Positions 40,985-55,157 of a stretch of 64,000 nucleotides of DNA are shown in pieces. The first letter of the stretch is position 1. Each line of letters begins with the position of its first letter. The stretch is taken from assembly GCF_006345805.1 (NCBI RefSeq), contig NW_021831284.1, positions 790,232 through 854,231 on the forward strand. Direction: 5' to 3'. A program made the position numbers and the translations under genes. The notes under the pieces are model-generated. The model made no database searches, was not told the origin of the DNA, and saw only the letters and a list, made by a program, of their open reading frames with translations. Origin of the DNA: Octopus sinensis. Lineage: Eukaryota.

Positions 40985-42005
40985 CAGTCAACCCTCTCTA
41001 TAGTGAACCCTCTCTATAGTGAACAGGCCATATTAATGCAATCTACAATAACAAATATTAGTAATTCTCATTAATATATTTATTATAAAATGAATACCAC
41101 GTTTAAAAATGTATAATATCATTTATTTAAATATTTTTGTGTTCACTATTAAAGAATAGTGAACGTCAAATTTTTGTGAACATACAAATATTAAATTTAA
41201 TATTTTTACATATATAAAAAACGATCATTTAGATTTACAATCAATGAATATCTTTTGAAGTCCATGTCTCTAAAAATGGCGAAAGTTTGTAATATTCAAG
41301 GATTTCAAGCATCAAATGGATGGCTTGAGAAATTTAAAAATCGATATTGCATTGCTTCCCGTGCTTTATGTGGGGAAAATCAATTTGTTGAAACCTCTGT
41401 GATTGAAAATTTTACAGAAAGCCTCAATAGAAAATTAGAACAATATTGTTCAAAAAATTTTTTTAATTTGGACGAAACTGGATTGTTTTTTAAACTTTTG
41501 TCGAACAGAACATTAGCTGTTGACTCGGACAAAAATCTGTCTAATAAACCGATAAAAGAAAGAGTAACTGTTATGTTTTGCGTTAGTATGATGGGAGAAA
41601 AACTTGACCCATTTGTTATTGGAAAAGCCAAAAATCCACGCTGCTTTAAAGAAGAAGAAATTTAATTAATAATTTACAAGTGGAATACAAATCAAATAAA
41701 AAAGCATGGATGACATATGGCTAGTGTATATGAAGCTAGTGAATATGCGAAGGCGCTGAATTATGGTTTCTTGAGATGATTATGAACAAAGAGGAAAAGT
41801 ATACGAAATACAAAAAATTTTAAGAAATTATCAAACTAATCATTCTCAAAAAATCACCGATTACATGATTAAAATCTCTAAATAATCTTTGTAATTATAC
41901 TTCAATATTGTTTATTGTTATTTTGATTCCTTTTGTTCACTATAGACAATAGTGAACATGATGTTTTGACGTGGACATTTTGTTCATTATAGAGAGGGTT
42001 GACTG
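40985..42005 (+). mobile_element. Internally deleted pogo/Tigger element
   Basis: TIR CAGTCAACCCTCTCTATA at both ends, TA TSDs, 16-bp duplication in the left end; FQASNGWLEKFKNR, FNLDETGLFF, ERVTVMFC, IGKAKNPRCF. Confidence 0.92.
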
Positions 42006-42345
42006 TACCAGATTGATTCGTTAAAATAAGTTTCAAAATTCCTGATGCTGTTATTTGCGATCTATGAACTAAAAACAAAATTGGCACCTCAATTGCAAGG
42101 ATTTGTTGTATAAAATTTGTGTTTTAACTTACTTTATGTTTTGAAGTTCAGTTTTATATTTTATTTCCTTAAATAAAGCAAATGTTTTATCAGAAAAAAG
42201 ACAAGGAAAAAAGACAAGACTTTTTCAAAAATTACTTTTAATAAATTTTATCACCAAGGAAACATATTGATTATAAAGTTAGAAGGTCATTTGGTTTTCT
42301 TAAGTTTTGATGTTTAATTACATTTGATAGTATCTAAATAAATAC

Positions 42346-44067
42346 ATGGATAAATATTCATTTTCAAAAATTCTCGGAGATGGAACGTATGGAATTGTAT
42401 ATACGGGGATTGTTAAATCAACTGGAGACAAGGTTGCAATTAAAAAGTATTTCTTAATCAAAATGATATTTTTATTTCAATAAAGAATGAGAAAAAATTA
42501 TTATTCATGGGAGGAGTGCTTAGAATTAAGAGAAGTCAAAGTAAAATATATTTAACAAATTTATGATAGGCTCTAAGAAAACTAAATCATCCGAATATTG
42601 TAAAATTAAAGGAACTTGTTAGAGAAAATAATATTCTTTATTTTATTTTTGAACATTTGAATGGGAATTTATACGAACTTATGAAATCTAAGTTTTACTT
42701 TAATGTTCAAGTTGTAAATAGGCCCAGAGGATTTTCGGATAGCGATGTTAAAACAATTTCTTATCAAATGCTGAATGCCGTAAATTACCTTCACCGACAA
42801 GGTGCAACTTTTAGTAAAATATCAATTTATAGGGTTTTTTCACAGAGATATAAAACCTGAAAATTTTTTATACTCAAGCATCAATTGCATAAAATTAGCT
42901 GACTTTGGTTTGGCTAGGGAACTACGTTCTCGTCCACCATTTTCAGATTATGTTTCTACAAGATGGTTATATATAATTCCATTTATCACCCAGGTATAGA
43001 GCACCGGAGTTATTATTGAGATCTACAAATTATAGTGCATCTGTAGACATTTGGGCTGTAGCCTGTATAATAGTAGAATTGTATAACCTGCATCCACTTT
43101 TCCCTGGATCAAGTGAAATAGATCAATTGTTCAAAATATGTTCAATTCTAGGAACTCCTTCAAAAGTAAAACATTAATTCACATAATAATAGTCCGAATG
43201 GAATGATTGTCATCGCTTGGCATCCAAAATGAATTTTAAATGGCCTAATTGTGTAAAAATAAGTTTATTGGGAGTTGTACGCAAAGCACCGCAACCTGCC
43301 ATCGAGTTGTTAGAATCTATGCTAACTTTCAATCCTGAATCACGACCATCTGCTGCTGTGGTTATTAATTGTTTAAACTAATTCATTGTAGATCCTCAAA
43401 TCGGAGTATTTTTCTCAAAATGAACTTTCTAACTGTTTTCAAAGCTCAAATAAAGACTATCAACTACCGTTACAGAAATATCAGCTCCCACAAAAGCCGT
43501 TGAATTTTCCTCAATTTCAAAAGCATCAAAGTTCTCAAGATGAATTGATTTATCCACAACTAAAAAAACAAAATATTCCATTGAATTATAATCACGACCA
43601 AAAGTTTCAGGAAAAATCTAAACTAAATCAGAACGAATTTCAAAAAAATAAAAATTTAGAAATGAATCAAAAAGAAATCAATTTAAAACATGACTCCCCT
43701 AAAATATTTGAATTCAAGATAGTTAACAATTAACACCTAAATAATTTAGGACACCAGAATTAGAAAAAATAATGTAAATTTCGATAAAGAGAAAAAAGAG
43801 TCCAACATAAATCCATTGTCAAGTCAAGGTAAAATGTTTAGCAACCCAAGAGATTCAGAAGATATAAGATTTTTATTCGATGACTGTATTGGAATTAATA
43901 AATGTTATAAACCTACCATTCCACGTAGAGATTTGAACAAAGGAAAATCACTTCCTTTTATGTTTGCCCCTATTAGTTATTTTATTTATAGAAAACCTTT
44001 AGAAAACAAATCAAAATATTTTGATAGAAAATTGAGTCGCCCATTTTCATGTATTTCACACAAATAG
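42346..44067 (+). CDS. MAK: MAK/ICK (CILK1)-family serine/threonine kinase; 3' exons approximate
   Basis: [43 protein letters not shown]|[15 protein letters not shown]; introns of 39, 29, 31, 28 and 27 nt. Confidence 0.92.
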
Positions 44068-44631
44068 TTTTTTAGTATCCGAAATGAATAGTCCTTCATA
44101 TATTCCTTCCATCTTTGACCGTTTGCCGAAAAAAGACCTTTGTATATTATCATTTACATAATTTAAGATTTAAATAAGAGAAATATTACCGAACGGCGAA
44201 ATCGCCTCGACCCCCTTGATAGTAAATTTGATAACCGATAATTTATTTAAGTTTTTGTATTATACAACAAATTGTTGAATTATAAAATATATTAAAATAA
44301 AATATATTCATTTAAGTCAATTAGGTTTTTAGCTGATTTTAGTAAAAATATAGATGCGTAAAAAATTATGAAAACTGTTTTGATGATTTTTAAATTCTAA
44401 ATTTTACTTGAATATTTTACTTTATTTACGTTTAGTTTTTGACAATTTGAATCAATATTTTCACAATCCAACGTTTTCCTATTAAAAAAATTAATCAACA
44501 GTAAAACGTTCGATTATTTTGGTGAACATTGTTAAAAATCATCTTTTTTGAAAATGGATTAGAAAATTTCTTTGCATTCCCAAAATCAGCGTCGCTTCTA
44601 TTTTTAAGAAAATTAATTTTACAATACATTC

Positions 44632-46093
44632 TTAGACATTTCCTAGACGATATTTCATATTTTTTATTTATATCATTTTGATCATCTGAGCTTGCTTCTT
44701 CAAATGAAAATTGTTTCTGTAAGATTGGTTTGAATAAGTCACGGGAATTGGAGTAGCTTTGTACTTTATTTTTTGAAATATCAATTAAAGATAAGAAATC
44801 AACGTCAGGTACGTAAGTTGAAAAATAATTTTGTAACGTCCTTTTCCAAAAATTATATTCTATGAATAATCTATTGTCTTAATTTACCAGCTCCGCCAAA
44901 ATCTGGATTGTAATTTTTTGAAATATTTTGGGCTTTTGCGGATTGATAAATTGCTTCTCTGACAATAAAATCTATATTTTTGACTCTCGATATTGCCGTT
45001 TCTTGTCTAAAATTAGTTATAGAGTAAAACGATTAAACTTATAATAAGCTGTGTTAACTTTTTGTTGAGTAATTTCAGCAGATCTGCGTGCTGTTTCGAC
45101 CGAAGACTTCAATTTCTTATTAAATTTGCAGAATATTTTTTGAAGCAATATTTTTGGTTTTAATTTTGAAGATATCAAACAATTCTTTTTATAGACTCCT
45201 TTTTCAAGTGTACCATCACTAAAATATGTCGTTCCAAATCCATGTTTTAAATTGTTCAGCCATTCTCCTTCATAGCATAATCCGTCAGATCTAACAGAGA
45301 TCCCAAAACCACTTCTTTCGTCGTTTACCCACTGACCTGTATATGTTTCAACAATATCCTTTTCACTGTTTGAATCAAAGTTTTTATTTAACAAATCAAA
45401 TAACGTCGCTTCAGTTTTAATTTTTCTAGAGTATTTTTTATTTTTTTGTTTCGAAAACAAGGATGATAATTTCTCACTGAAGTATTTAAATATTGTTGAT
45501 TTGGTCTTAGATTTACTCGAAATAGATTCTCTATTAATGTTTTGAGCGTTTACTAAGCCGTTGACAAGTCTTTGTTTGATTCCATATCCGTGTCTAATGC
45601 CTCGACTCCATTCCCCAGCATAGAATCCTAATTAATGAGCCGATTAAAATGATAATTATTATTTTGTGACTATAGATTTTATATAAATACCTCCTTTTGC
45701 ATATGATTCGACTCCATGACCATCATACAAACCGTTAAGCCACGATCCCTCATATTTACTATTTGTTTCCAAATTAATTGAGACTCCGTGAATTCCCTTT
45801 AATCCAAAATTCCAGTCTCCTTTATATATAAATTTATCCGTTTTTTCCATCCCAGCAAAATGTCTGCTTCCATTGAGCCACAAACCAATGTAGAAGCTTC
45901 CATCCGGCCAAACATAAACACCACATACTTCATAACCATCTTCCCATGCACCCGAATATTCTCCTTGGTTCTCAGGACCTGTACATATTCCAAATCCTTG
46001 TGCTTTCCCGTCTTTCCATTCCCCACAATAATATCCATTATCCTGAAATACATATCTTCCTCCCTTTGACATTAAAAAACTTTGTATATTCAT
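44632..46093 (-). CDS. JPH: Junctophilin (MORN repeats)
   Basis: [68 protein letters not shown], helical [19 protein letters not shown]. Confidence 0.9.
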
Positions 46094-46172
46094 ACTTTAT
46101 TTGCGTTATATATAATGAAATTTATTTATGATCAATATTATTGGCAGTTTGTCGATATCCTTTTATAGGCTA

Positions 46173-46700
46173 CTAGCTCGGCAGCTCGCTTCGCTCACCG
46201 CGTCCTGCGGAGAGGGTTTCATCAAACAACTATACAACAACAAGAGCCTTTTCTGGATTGACTTGGCAATGTTACCATTACCAGGTTTCTCCATTAGGCC
46301 GGAAACGCACTTTATTTTTTTAAAAGACAGAGTTAACTAATCGAGGGAATCCAACTGTGCGAGTCCGAAGAAGAACAACTATAAGTTGATGTAAATATAT
46401 TAAATGACCTGGTTTGATGTAACTCTATTCTAACACCTGTTAAAGGGATGTTTGTTGTCAGTCCTTCCTTGGCATATATGAATAAATTTTCTCTTCTACC
46501 TACCCTTGAGCATCCAACGCACAGCTGTCCATGAGAAAAGCACTCGCTCTCTAAAAATAAGCCAACTACCTTTAACAACTGTTCCCTGGGCCTTGTTTAT
46601 TGTCATTGCAAAACTTATTTTCAACAGAAATTGCAGCCTTTAAAATTTTATCTTTAACGGAAACAGATAAATAACAGACACATCAGATAACTAGCACATT
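46173..46700 (-). mobile_element. Helitron 3' remnant (Pif1 helicase C-terminus and terminus); 5' limit unclear
   Basis: RLQF...FAMTINKAQG, CFSHGQLCVGCSRVG; GC-rich subterminal GCGAAGC hairpin ending CTAG followed by T at 46172. Confidence 0.85.
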
Positions 46701-47039
46701 CAGTTCAATTTGTTGTGGCGATAAGTTGTCGAAATAAAAGTGGATGACACAACAATCAAAAGTGATACTGTTTTGGAAAACTATAAGCAAAATATCTTTG
46801 TGTATAAAAAAACAAAGAATACGATCACGCTCGTCTAGATTAGAATAAGTTCGCAAAATATTTTACCACATGTAAGATATAGCCCCTACTGCTGGGACCT
46901 CTAAATCTGTAATTCAATTTAGACTAAAGACAAATATTATAGCTCTAAAAGAAGCATATACAAATAAAAAAGAAACCATTAAGAAAAAAATCATTAGAAA
47001 GAGATTAGTCTCCTTATTACACTAAACGAAGTAACAAAT

Positions 47040-49950
47040 TTATGAAATAACAATTTTCCCGGCAGTACAGAAATCTTCACTGTCGCCAATCATGACTCTA
47101 CATCTTTGACACGCTGGATCAATGTTTATTTTCAAATATTTTAAAGTATCTTGATTCGTGAATATCCAATCATGAAGATTTTTAATGTCATAAGTTGGGA
47201 TGATAGTGACTTCTACGTCTTTAGCATCTTCCCCCCAATCACGTCGAGCGGACAGTAGATTATCAAGAACTGGCACTTCATCTCCATTTGCAGAAGAAAA
47301 TATATAATATCGTGCTCTTATGACATAGAAAAATCTTTTAGATATCAAATTTTCTCCTTTTGAGTTTCGGAGAGGAATAAAAACAACTGTTAAATAATAA
47401 TAAATTCCGTCTTTTTTATATTCATTTCTAAGAGATTTTTTTGAAATCAAATTTTTATTATTTGGAGGATCCGAAATGCTATTATATTTTGGATTTTTGT
47501 TAATGGGACTTACAAATGAGAGACCACCTTTTTCTTCATTGTTATTAAGTTTTTTTTCAATTACTATAGAATCTGAGTTTATTACGTCTTCGGGTTTGTT
47601 TTTGTTTAAATTTGGATTTTCTGTGATAATCGTAGGCAAATAACATTTTTCATCAGATGAAATTTTTTCTTGTTTCAAATTTGTAGATTTTTCAAAATAA
47701 TCTTTCATCTTACTAACAAAATTGTTGGATGTATTTTGTGGAAGTGTTTCTTGACTACTATTTTCAGAAATTACAGTTTCAATTTCAGATGACTTTTCAG
47801 GTTTTGATTGATCATTATTAAGATTTTGATCTAGTTCGGATTTATTATTTATATGCTTTATATTTTCAATATATTCATCAGTGGTACCGAAATTTTTAGT
47901 TTTTTGGGGTTCGATTAAATCATGCTTAATATTTTCAATAAAATTATTGTCACTGTCCTGTAATGTCGGTATTTGTATTTCTTCGTGATCTTTATTTACA
48001 TCAATTTTATTTTGATTAGTGGAATCGACATCTGAGGGAATTAACGTCTCGAGCTCAGGATTTGATTTGTTTTCACTATTTATACAGGTTACTGCCGCAT
48101 CAGACAAATCATTTCCATTTAAAGAATTTGTCTCACCTCTAAATTGTCCTCCTGTGTTTATTTCACATGTAACTGCACCATTTGAATCTAAGACCTCGGC
48201 TTTATCTAAAAATATCATTCCATAAATACTTTCATCTAATGATTTTTTTGAAAGTTCTTTAGTGGTTAATCCATTGACATTTTCTTGTAGTTTTTTCTTC
48301 GTGTTTTTACAATTGTTATTGCAATTTGTAACTATCTTCTTATGTGAATTTTGATCCAATAATTCATTTTTATTTAATAATCTAATTCTTGTGGTTCCTA
48401 AATCTTTGACCGCAGTTGTTGGAACAGATTTTTTGGACCAGGTAGGCCTCTTTACATTTGAAATATTGCTGGGATTTATTTTTGCTGAATTATCGTTTTT
48501 CTGAATAGTTTTTCCAGCAATTGTAGGTCTAGAAATACTTAATTTAGGCTTTTCTCTGGTCTGTTTAGTATTTGACAAGTTCGGTTTGGACAGAGTAGTA
48601 GTTTGTTTTCTCGATGCATCAACTTTCTGAGATCTTGAAACATCAGTCAGAGTGATTGTAGTCGAGAAAATGATATTTTGATGTTTTATAGAGCTAAGAT
48701 AGGAGATAATATCACTTTCAGATAAATTTGTAGCAATAAGTATAGAAACCATTTTCAATTCCGTTTTAAATGGGACCCATCGTAATAAAATTGACCGTTT
48801 AGTATTTTCTTTAGCTGATTTAAGATTTTTAGAGATATCGCCCACTTTGGCGCTCGAAGTACGAATTATTGGTTTAATCACATTATTGCGGTCATTATTT
48901 TTCCCCAAACTATGAAGATACAGATTTCCAACACCGATTCGTTTATAGAGAACAGATGGTGCATTAAGTTCATTAATATATTCCATTGGAATTTGTAGAT
49001 TTTGAATAATATCCAAAAATTTATGCTTTTCTAAATCAATATTAATTCCCATAAAATTTTCAGAATTTGGATATAATATTTCAGGTGGGGAATCCAGAAA
49101 AATGTGGCCTATTTTGGGTTTTGAAATATTCTGAATAGTTTTAGCAAAGAGAACGGCAGCTCGGCTGTTTTTCTCTTCAAAAGGAGTTAAAATAATGTTA
49201 TCAAGGGTCAAAAAATGTTTGACGAAATTCCAGGAAGACAGGTTTTTATCGAATCCACAATTTAACATAGTCGTAAAACCAGGAACAGAAAATAAAAAAC
49301 TTTGTGAACTTCCACAAGGAGGGAGATATCTACAATAATTAAATAAAAATATTTTTATACAATGTTGGGAATTCGACTCCCAAATTGCCTACATTCTTAT
49401 TAGAAGTTAGCACATATTGTTCGTTTATTTTTTTTAAAAAAGAAATAATATCAACAACACAGTTTGTAAAGTTTTCACAGATATAATAATTATCAGATTC
49501 AGATAAATTCACTTTGCTAGGTAGAACTTTTAACTAAATATTAATTTATATTTATATAACATTTATTCTAGAAGATTTGTACTCAATTGCAGACTGTGAC
49601 CACTTTGGATTACAAGTCGTTATTAGAAGATCTATGGGAATATAGTTATCATCGTTCTCGAGTCGTATTTCGGAATATTTAATGATATTATGCAGAGTAT
49701 TAATGTTAAAAATATCATCTTGTACTACAAAAGAATCAGTGTTTTCAAAGTAATCACCAACCAATACTAAATATATAGTTCTAATTGATTGATAAAAAAA
49801 CTTAAAAACTTTTTAGAGTAGCCAACAAGCGACGCTATAACAGTTTTCTGTATAGTTTGAATGCTGCCATTGAAAATGCAATATGTTGCGGCTTGAAGAG
49901 AAATGTTGGTTCTAGTAATTTCACAATATGGCGACACTAAATATATTTTT
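47040..49950 (-). CDS. MAP1/futsch-family microtubule-associated protein; 5' exons approximate
   Basis: FSVPGFTTMLNCG...WNFVKHFLTLDNIIL (MAP1 N-terminal domain); C-terminal light-chain domain FFYVIRARYY...VLDNLL...VTIIPTYD...CTAGKI. Confidence 0.85.
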
Positions 49951-51329
49951 TTTTCTTAATTTAATTTACTTGAATCATTTTCACTGATATTTTTTACGAT
50001 ATCAAAAATATTTTCAAGTTCGTTATAAAAATTAAAATTCTCTACTTTATTCGAAAGAATGGTCAGACCTATATTAGATATTAGTTAAAGACGTTTTGAA
50101 AACATCAAATAAAGAATAGCTAATTAAAAATTAATATATTGTATGATCAATGAGTAATTGATGTCTAGTATAAATATAATCAATTGCATTTTTTAGATTT
50201 TTAATGACATTCTTTATCACAAAGCAATATAATTTCTATATAAATATGTATATGATTCACACAAAAATAATTATACTTGTTAAGAGTGAGCGTCTTATAT
50301 GTTCAATTGAGTGAGAAATTCCGACTACAAATAAAAATACAGTTTCAGCCATTGCTAAACTAATTATCGCCAAATGAATATAATATATCTATAATCAAAT
50401 ATACGTGGTTTGCGGCAAATTTGATAAAATGAAATTTATTGGAATGATTAAATTAATTTCATAATAACGAATTTTTTAATAGACTCGCATCTGCATCTGA
50501 AACCTTCTATTGAAGATTTCTTATTCGTAAATGACTAAATTGAATAATCTATTCAATTCTAAACTCTCTTAACTATTTATTTTCCATGATCTAATTTGAT
50601 AAATTAAAAAAACAACCTAAAAATTATAGATCCATATATAATTGCATAGTACTTCAAATTAGTTGATCATATCAATCCTATTGGCGATATGATTAGAGAT
50701 TTAATAATTTATCAACTTTTTCTCAATAGTTAATGAATTCTTCATTATTACTGGACTTCTTACTTAATCTAATCGTCGCTATTATTAAATAAATTGGCTT
50801 TCGCCGAAATTTTAATATTTGAAAAAATTAAGAGATTTAATTAATTTTATAACATAAACACCGTCTTGTTTAAATATAATTAAGTATAAATATAATCACA
50901 TAATTAGTTCTGTAAAATCTAATTTTACCTCTACAAAATTTTTTTTCCAGATTGGAAAATTTATCAGCGTATCTATTGAATAACTATTTTCAGTTAAAAA
51001 TTTGTTTTTTATACTATTCTCAAACATTTGGACAGTCAGAATTTCGAAAACAGCTGGTACATATTTTCATCAATAAAAAATCAATATTTTCTACAAACAA
51101 ATATTTATAAAGATGCAACAAAGTATACGTCAAAAATTCACGTATGCTTGATTTTAAGATTTTAAAGAATAATCTTATTAATAAAAAAAATTTAATTGCC
51201 TGACCGAGTACCGAGCCTTCGGAATGAACAAATAGAGACACTCTACACACTTTTTTCCATTTTCCTTCTTTTTTGGCCCTCATATTTACGAAATCCCAAT
51301 CTTATTGATAGAATATATTAAGTTTGATT

Positions 51330-51700
51330 AAATTAATATTATGTTCCTCCACTTAATTGGCGAAACTGAAAGATTTTATGAAGGCCGTTAGACTTGATTT
51401 CAATTACAACAAATCGGTGACTAAAACCCTTGTGTGTGATGATCTAGTCAAAGCCTTGAAGAAAAAGAAGAATATAACTCTCATGGTGTAGTCGAGAGTC
51501 GGTGTGTGAGAACTCGAAGGTAGGCATTAAGGTGGATACTCTAATACGCATCTTGATTGTTGTCCAGCACAAAAAACCCGACATTGTGGTTCACTATAAG
51601 GTCACCGGTAAAGGTTGATTGAACTACACCTTCTTAGAGGTCTACAGAGTTAGAGAAGAGGGAAAAGGGAAAGAGGTGTGTGTAGTGCTATCCCTTGTTT
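51330..51700 (+). mobile_element. Decayed R4/Dong-like RLE fragment
   Basis: CENSKVGIKVDTLIRILIVVQHKKPDIVVHYK resembles the RLE H-x-K/R-PD motif. Confidence 0.5.
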
Positions 51701-51762
51701 ACTCATAATGCTCAGTACTTAGTTAGGCAAGTAAATAGTTTATTAGTTTCTTTGTATTAATA

Positions 51763-52347
51763 TTATGAATCTGGAATAAACTTAATAAGGTTTGTTATTG
51801 AGGAATCATTTATAGCTCCCTCCAAAAATTCTTCTAAACTTATCAGCCCATTTTTATCTTTGTCTAGCTTTTCGAAAATATAATTTGCATGATCAGATGG
51901 AGTTCTGTCACTATTTTGTGAGTTATCTAGTAATTCATATACGGACTAAAAATTAGAAAAACACAAATACTTAAAAATATTTTCTACTTCAATTTTGTTT
52001 ATTGAACCATCTTTATCAAGATCATATAGACTGAAAACCCAGCGTAACTTTTGTTCAGGATCTTCGGATCCCGAATAATATAATGCTAAAACAAACTCTG
52101 TGAAGTCAATTGTCCCATCATTGTTTTTATCAATAACTTTAAAAACATAATTTGCAAATTTTGTTGGATTTCCATTAGGAAAAACATCTTTATACATGGC
52201 AGTGAAAGATTCGATTGTTAATTTATTATTGGGACAGCTAAAAATAAAAACTTCGTAAAAATCTTTAATTTCTTTTTCTGAAAACGAAGTTAGATCGCAT
52301 AATTCATTTAAAACTTTTAAATTCAATTTTGATTTCTTGTTACCCAT
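51763..52347 (-). CDS. Neuronal calcium sensor (hippocalcin/neurocalcin/NCS-1-like)
   Basis: MGNKKSKL myristoylation-type start; EF-hands DKNNDGTIDFTE, DLDKDGSINKIE, DKDKNGLISLEE; FPNGNPTKFA, KLRWVFSLYD. Confidence 0.9.
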
Positions 52348-53611
52348 TATCAATCTTAGTGATTAATAGAATGGTTAAATATTAATTGCAATTAAGATTT
52401 AATTCATAAAATACAAGTTAATCTAATCATTATTTATTCTATTTTTTACGTCTATGATTATCGATTCATTTATATTCATTAATATAAATAAAAAAGTTAA
52501 AATTAAATCAACTAATATTTGAAGATCGAACAAAATAATTAAATCCTAATTATTATTTCTTTTCGTTTTAGGAAAAATACATCGTTGTCCGGCCATGATC
52601 AATACCTCTTCTCTTTAGGAAACCAACTTCTTTCGAAATTTAATTGACATACTCGGTTAGTTTCTTGGAGCGATAGGAATATTTGTTGTCTTTACAATTT
52701 TATTGTTGTCGATCTTAATCCAATGTCAGTATAATTAAAACTATCATGACGTTCATTAAAAAATCATTTCTAATAACAGCAAGCTATTTTGTTAGAATAT
52801 CATTCAATTTTGAAAGGTAAGAAAACCTAATTCAATGTTTTCTATTGGATTATTATAATTTTGATGTTCATAGATGAGTAAAAATACTAAATCCTCAGTT
52901 TTTAACCTTGAAATTTTTGGTTTTTCCATTTTGATTTAATTTATTTTCACACCGTATTGAACTTACTATTGTGATAATCTTCAGCCTAGTTTTAGCTGAT
53001 AAAGAATAGGTACATGAAAAAGAGTTTGGTCAAATGCATTTGTTATTGTTTAATTAAATGACCTAGAGCTACACAACCCTAAGTAAATTAATGTAAAAAT
53101 TTTTTTAAAAATTCACTAAAACTATTTGTGATGCAATAAACCAAAAACATGTCACAAATTACAACAAATATTTAAAAAACCACCAATAATCAAATTAAAT
53201 TTTGAACCTGATAATTTTTTGATTTCTTATTACAAATTCATATTCATCCAGTATTAATCATTTAATAGTAAAAAATGTACTAACTCTATCTGGATATATC
53301 AGAATCATGATGGTGTTTTATAAACATAGAATCCAAAAAAATTTAAACCTAATTAATTTAGAAAATGTGTAATATTGCTGCTATTTGTGCGATTTAAGAA
53401 AAATTTTTTAATAGCACTTGAAAAATATCCATGAACCGCTAAAAAGACGGTTAAGAGTGTTAAAAGGTATACGATCTATTAGAGAATGGTGGAAGTAAAT
53501 TGATCTAGTCATATCTATAGTTGAAATATAACTACATTTCTTGCTACAAAATATTAAAATTTAATCATTAATAATAAAGAATAAATTTTAAAGTATTTAG
53601 GCTGGAAAAAA

Positions 53612-54334
53612 TTAACAAAAATTTGGTCTTTCTTCAAAAATATTCTTAAAGTGGGCAAACAAATCATAAAAAATCTGAATATTATCATTGAAACAAACTT
53701 TCTGATAATCTCTATTTCCATCAATTCTAAACAGTAAACCCATTTCGTCATAGAGATCTAAAATTGGTGATGTTGAGTTACAAAAAGTCTTAACTCTTAA
53801 TAATAAGATTTTGTGAATAACCTTTTATCAAAGATCTCTATTTCGAAATCACTCCGATTCCTTTCCAAACAACGTTGATGACAAATCTATTAGTATTTAT
53901 TCCACATAGTACATCAAATGGACAATCCAAACAAATGACACTTTTCAAAATAACTTGTTGTCCCATTATTCTATTCCACCCATCATAGTTGTCACGATTT
54001 CGTGGAAAGCCATCAATTATAAAATTTTTGTGAGATGATTTTTCCATTTTCTTCAATTTGTTATAACAAAAAACGTTTTTTATTAAACTGCAGGTTATTT
54101 CCACTGGGAGTAATATAGCGTTTCGGACGTTGTATTTGATAGTTTCGTAAAATTCTGAATTTGGACAATTAAGCTCATCTCGTATCAACGAACCGGCCGA
54201 AATGTGTTCACAGTCAAAATGCTAGTTAATTTACACATTTTAGTCGTTACCTTAGCCAATAGATTGCACTGAGTTCCCTTGCCTGAACATAATGGTCCAA
54301 GAAAAAATACGATATTTTTTTTGATATCGGACAT
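53612..54334 (-). CDS. CMPK1: UMP-CMP kinase, multi-exon
   Basis: IVFFLGPLCSGKGTQC P-loop, HISAGSLIRDE, FIIDGFPRN, RIDGNR; 24-nt last intron. Confidence 0.88.
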
Positions 54335-54899
54335 TTTGAAATTAGAAAATTTATTTATTTACGAATATTTGAAGAAAAAATTAACAATTTTTTATGATTT
54401 TAATAATACTAAAAAAATACAGATTTACTCTTTAGGAAATAATAAGTCTGAGATATCCCCCCATCTGCTGATCAAGACTACTTCGAAACTTCCCTGTCGT
54501 GCTGGCAAAGAAATTATCGGATTAAGAAACATCTGTCTTTATGATTTTGTTATTTCTGAATCCCCGATGTGACCTTTGCTCTTATGGCAAATTCGTAAGA
54601 CCTTGAAGTTCTTACTACACGCATAACAAAAGTGGAGTTTAATGTCGCCTTCTTTCTTTTGATAAATTTTTTTATCCCAAATCTTATTTTTCTTTACCGC
54701 CCACTCCCTGCTATCAGTCTGAAAACTGTTATCGGCTTTTGAAATGATTGTGTCCTGCTTGTTGACAATGATTTTAAACATTTCTATTTATTTAGAAAAC
54801 GTTTAATAGGAGAACTTCCCAATCCAGAACGATACATCAGTTTTCACAGCTGTGTTGACCTCTCCGTACTTTGTTATTTTTAATCTATGGCAGCTTCTT

Positions 54900-55130
54900 G
54901 AATCTCATAACTTTGTTTCCTTCCCTTGCTCTGACAGTCTTAGTTGGCTAGATTTTTGCGGGATGCCAAAGTTTGGTCTTCGTCCACGAATTCAAAGTGT
55001 TCAGAGAAAATAAAAATCGGTTCGGTTTGAAAAATGAGGCCACATAGTTGTGTTTGTTGCGGGACTATTGACGCAAACTGTCTCCATTTTTCACATACAA
55101 ACAAAGTGGTGGAAACAGATGCCAGTTTGT
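54900..55130 (+). mobile_element. Decayed CRE fragment (pre-RLE Cys region)
   Basis: SLSWLD...FGL and RPHSCVCCGTIDANCLH resemble GAWLTAIP...IG and THQCRCGLRVDSFGHH. Confidence 0.45.
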
Positions 55131-55157
55131 ACCAATTGATGTAATCATGGAAAATTT

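Noticed and set aside
44185-44225. GGCGAAATCGCC hairpin near ATAG|T as a second Helitron end
   Set aside because: No CTRR terminus and no helicase remnant nearby.
51020-51283. ORF starting MRAKK, superficially like RPL41
   Set aside because: It lacks the Arg/Lys-rich RPL41 sequence; no other support.
54240-54300. Frame reading IMFRQGNSVQSI, resembling a CRE C-terminus
   Set aside because: Another frame is the CMPK1 P-loop GPLCSGKGTQC, continuous with the gene.
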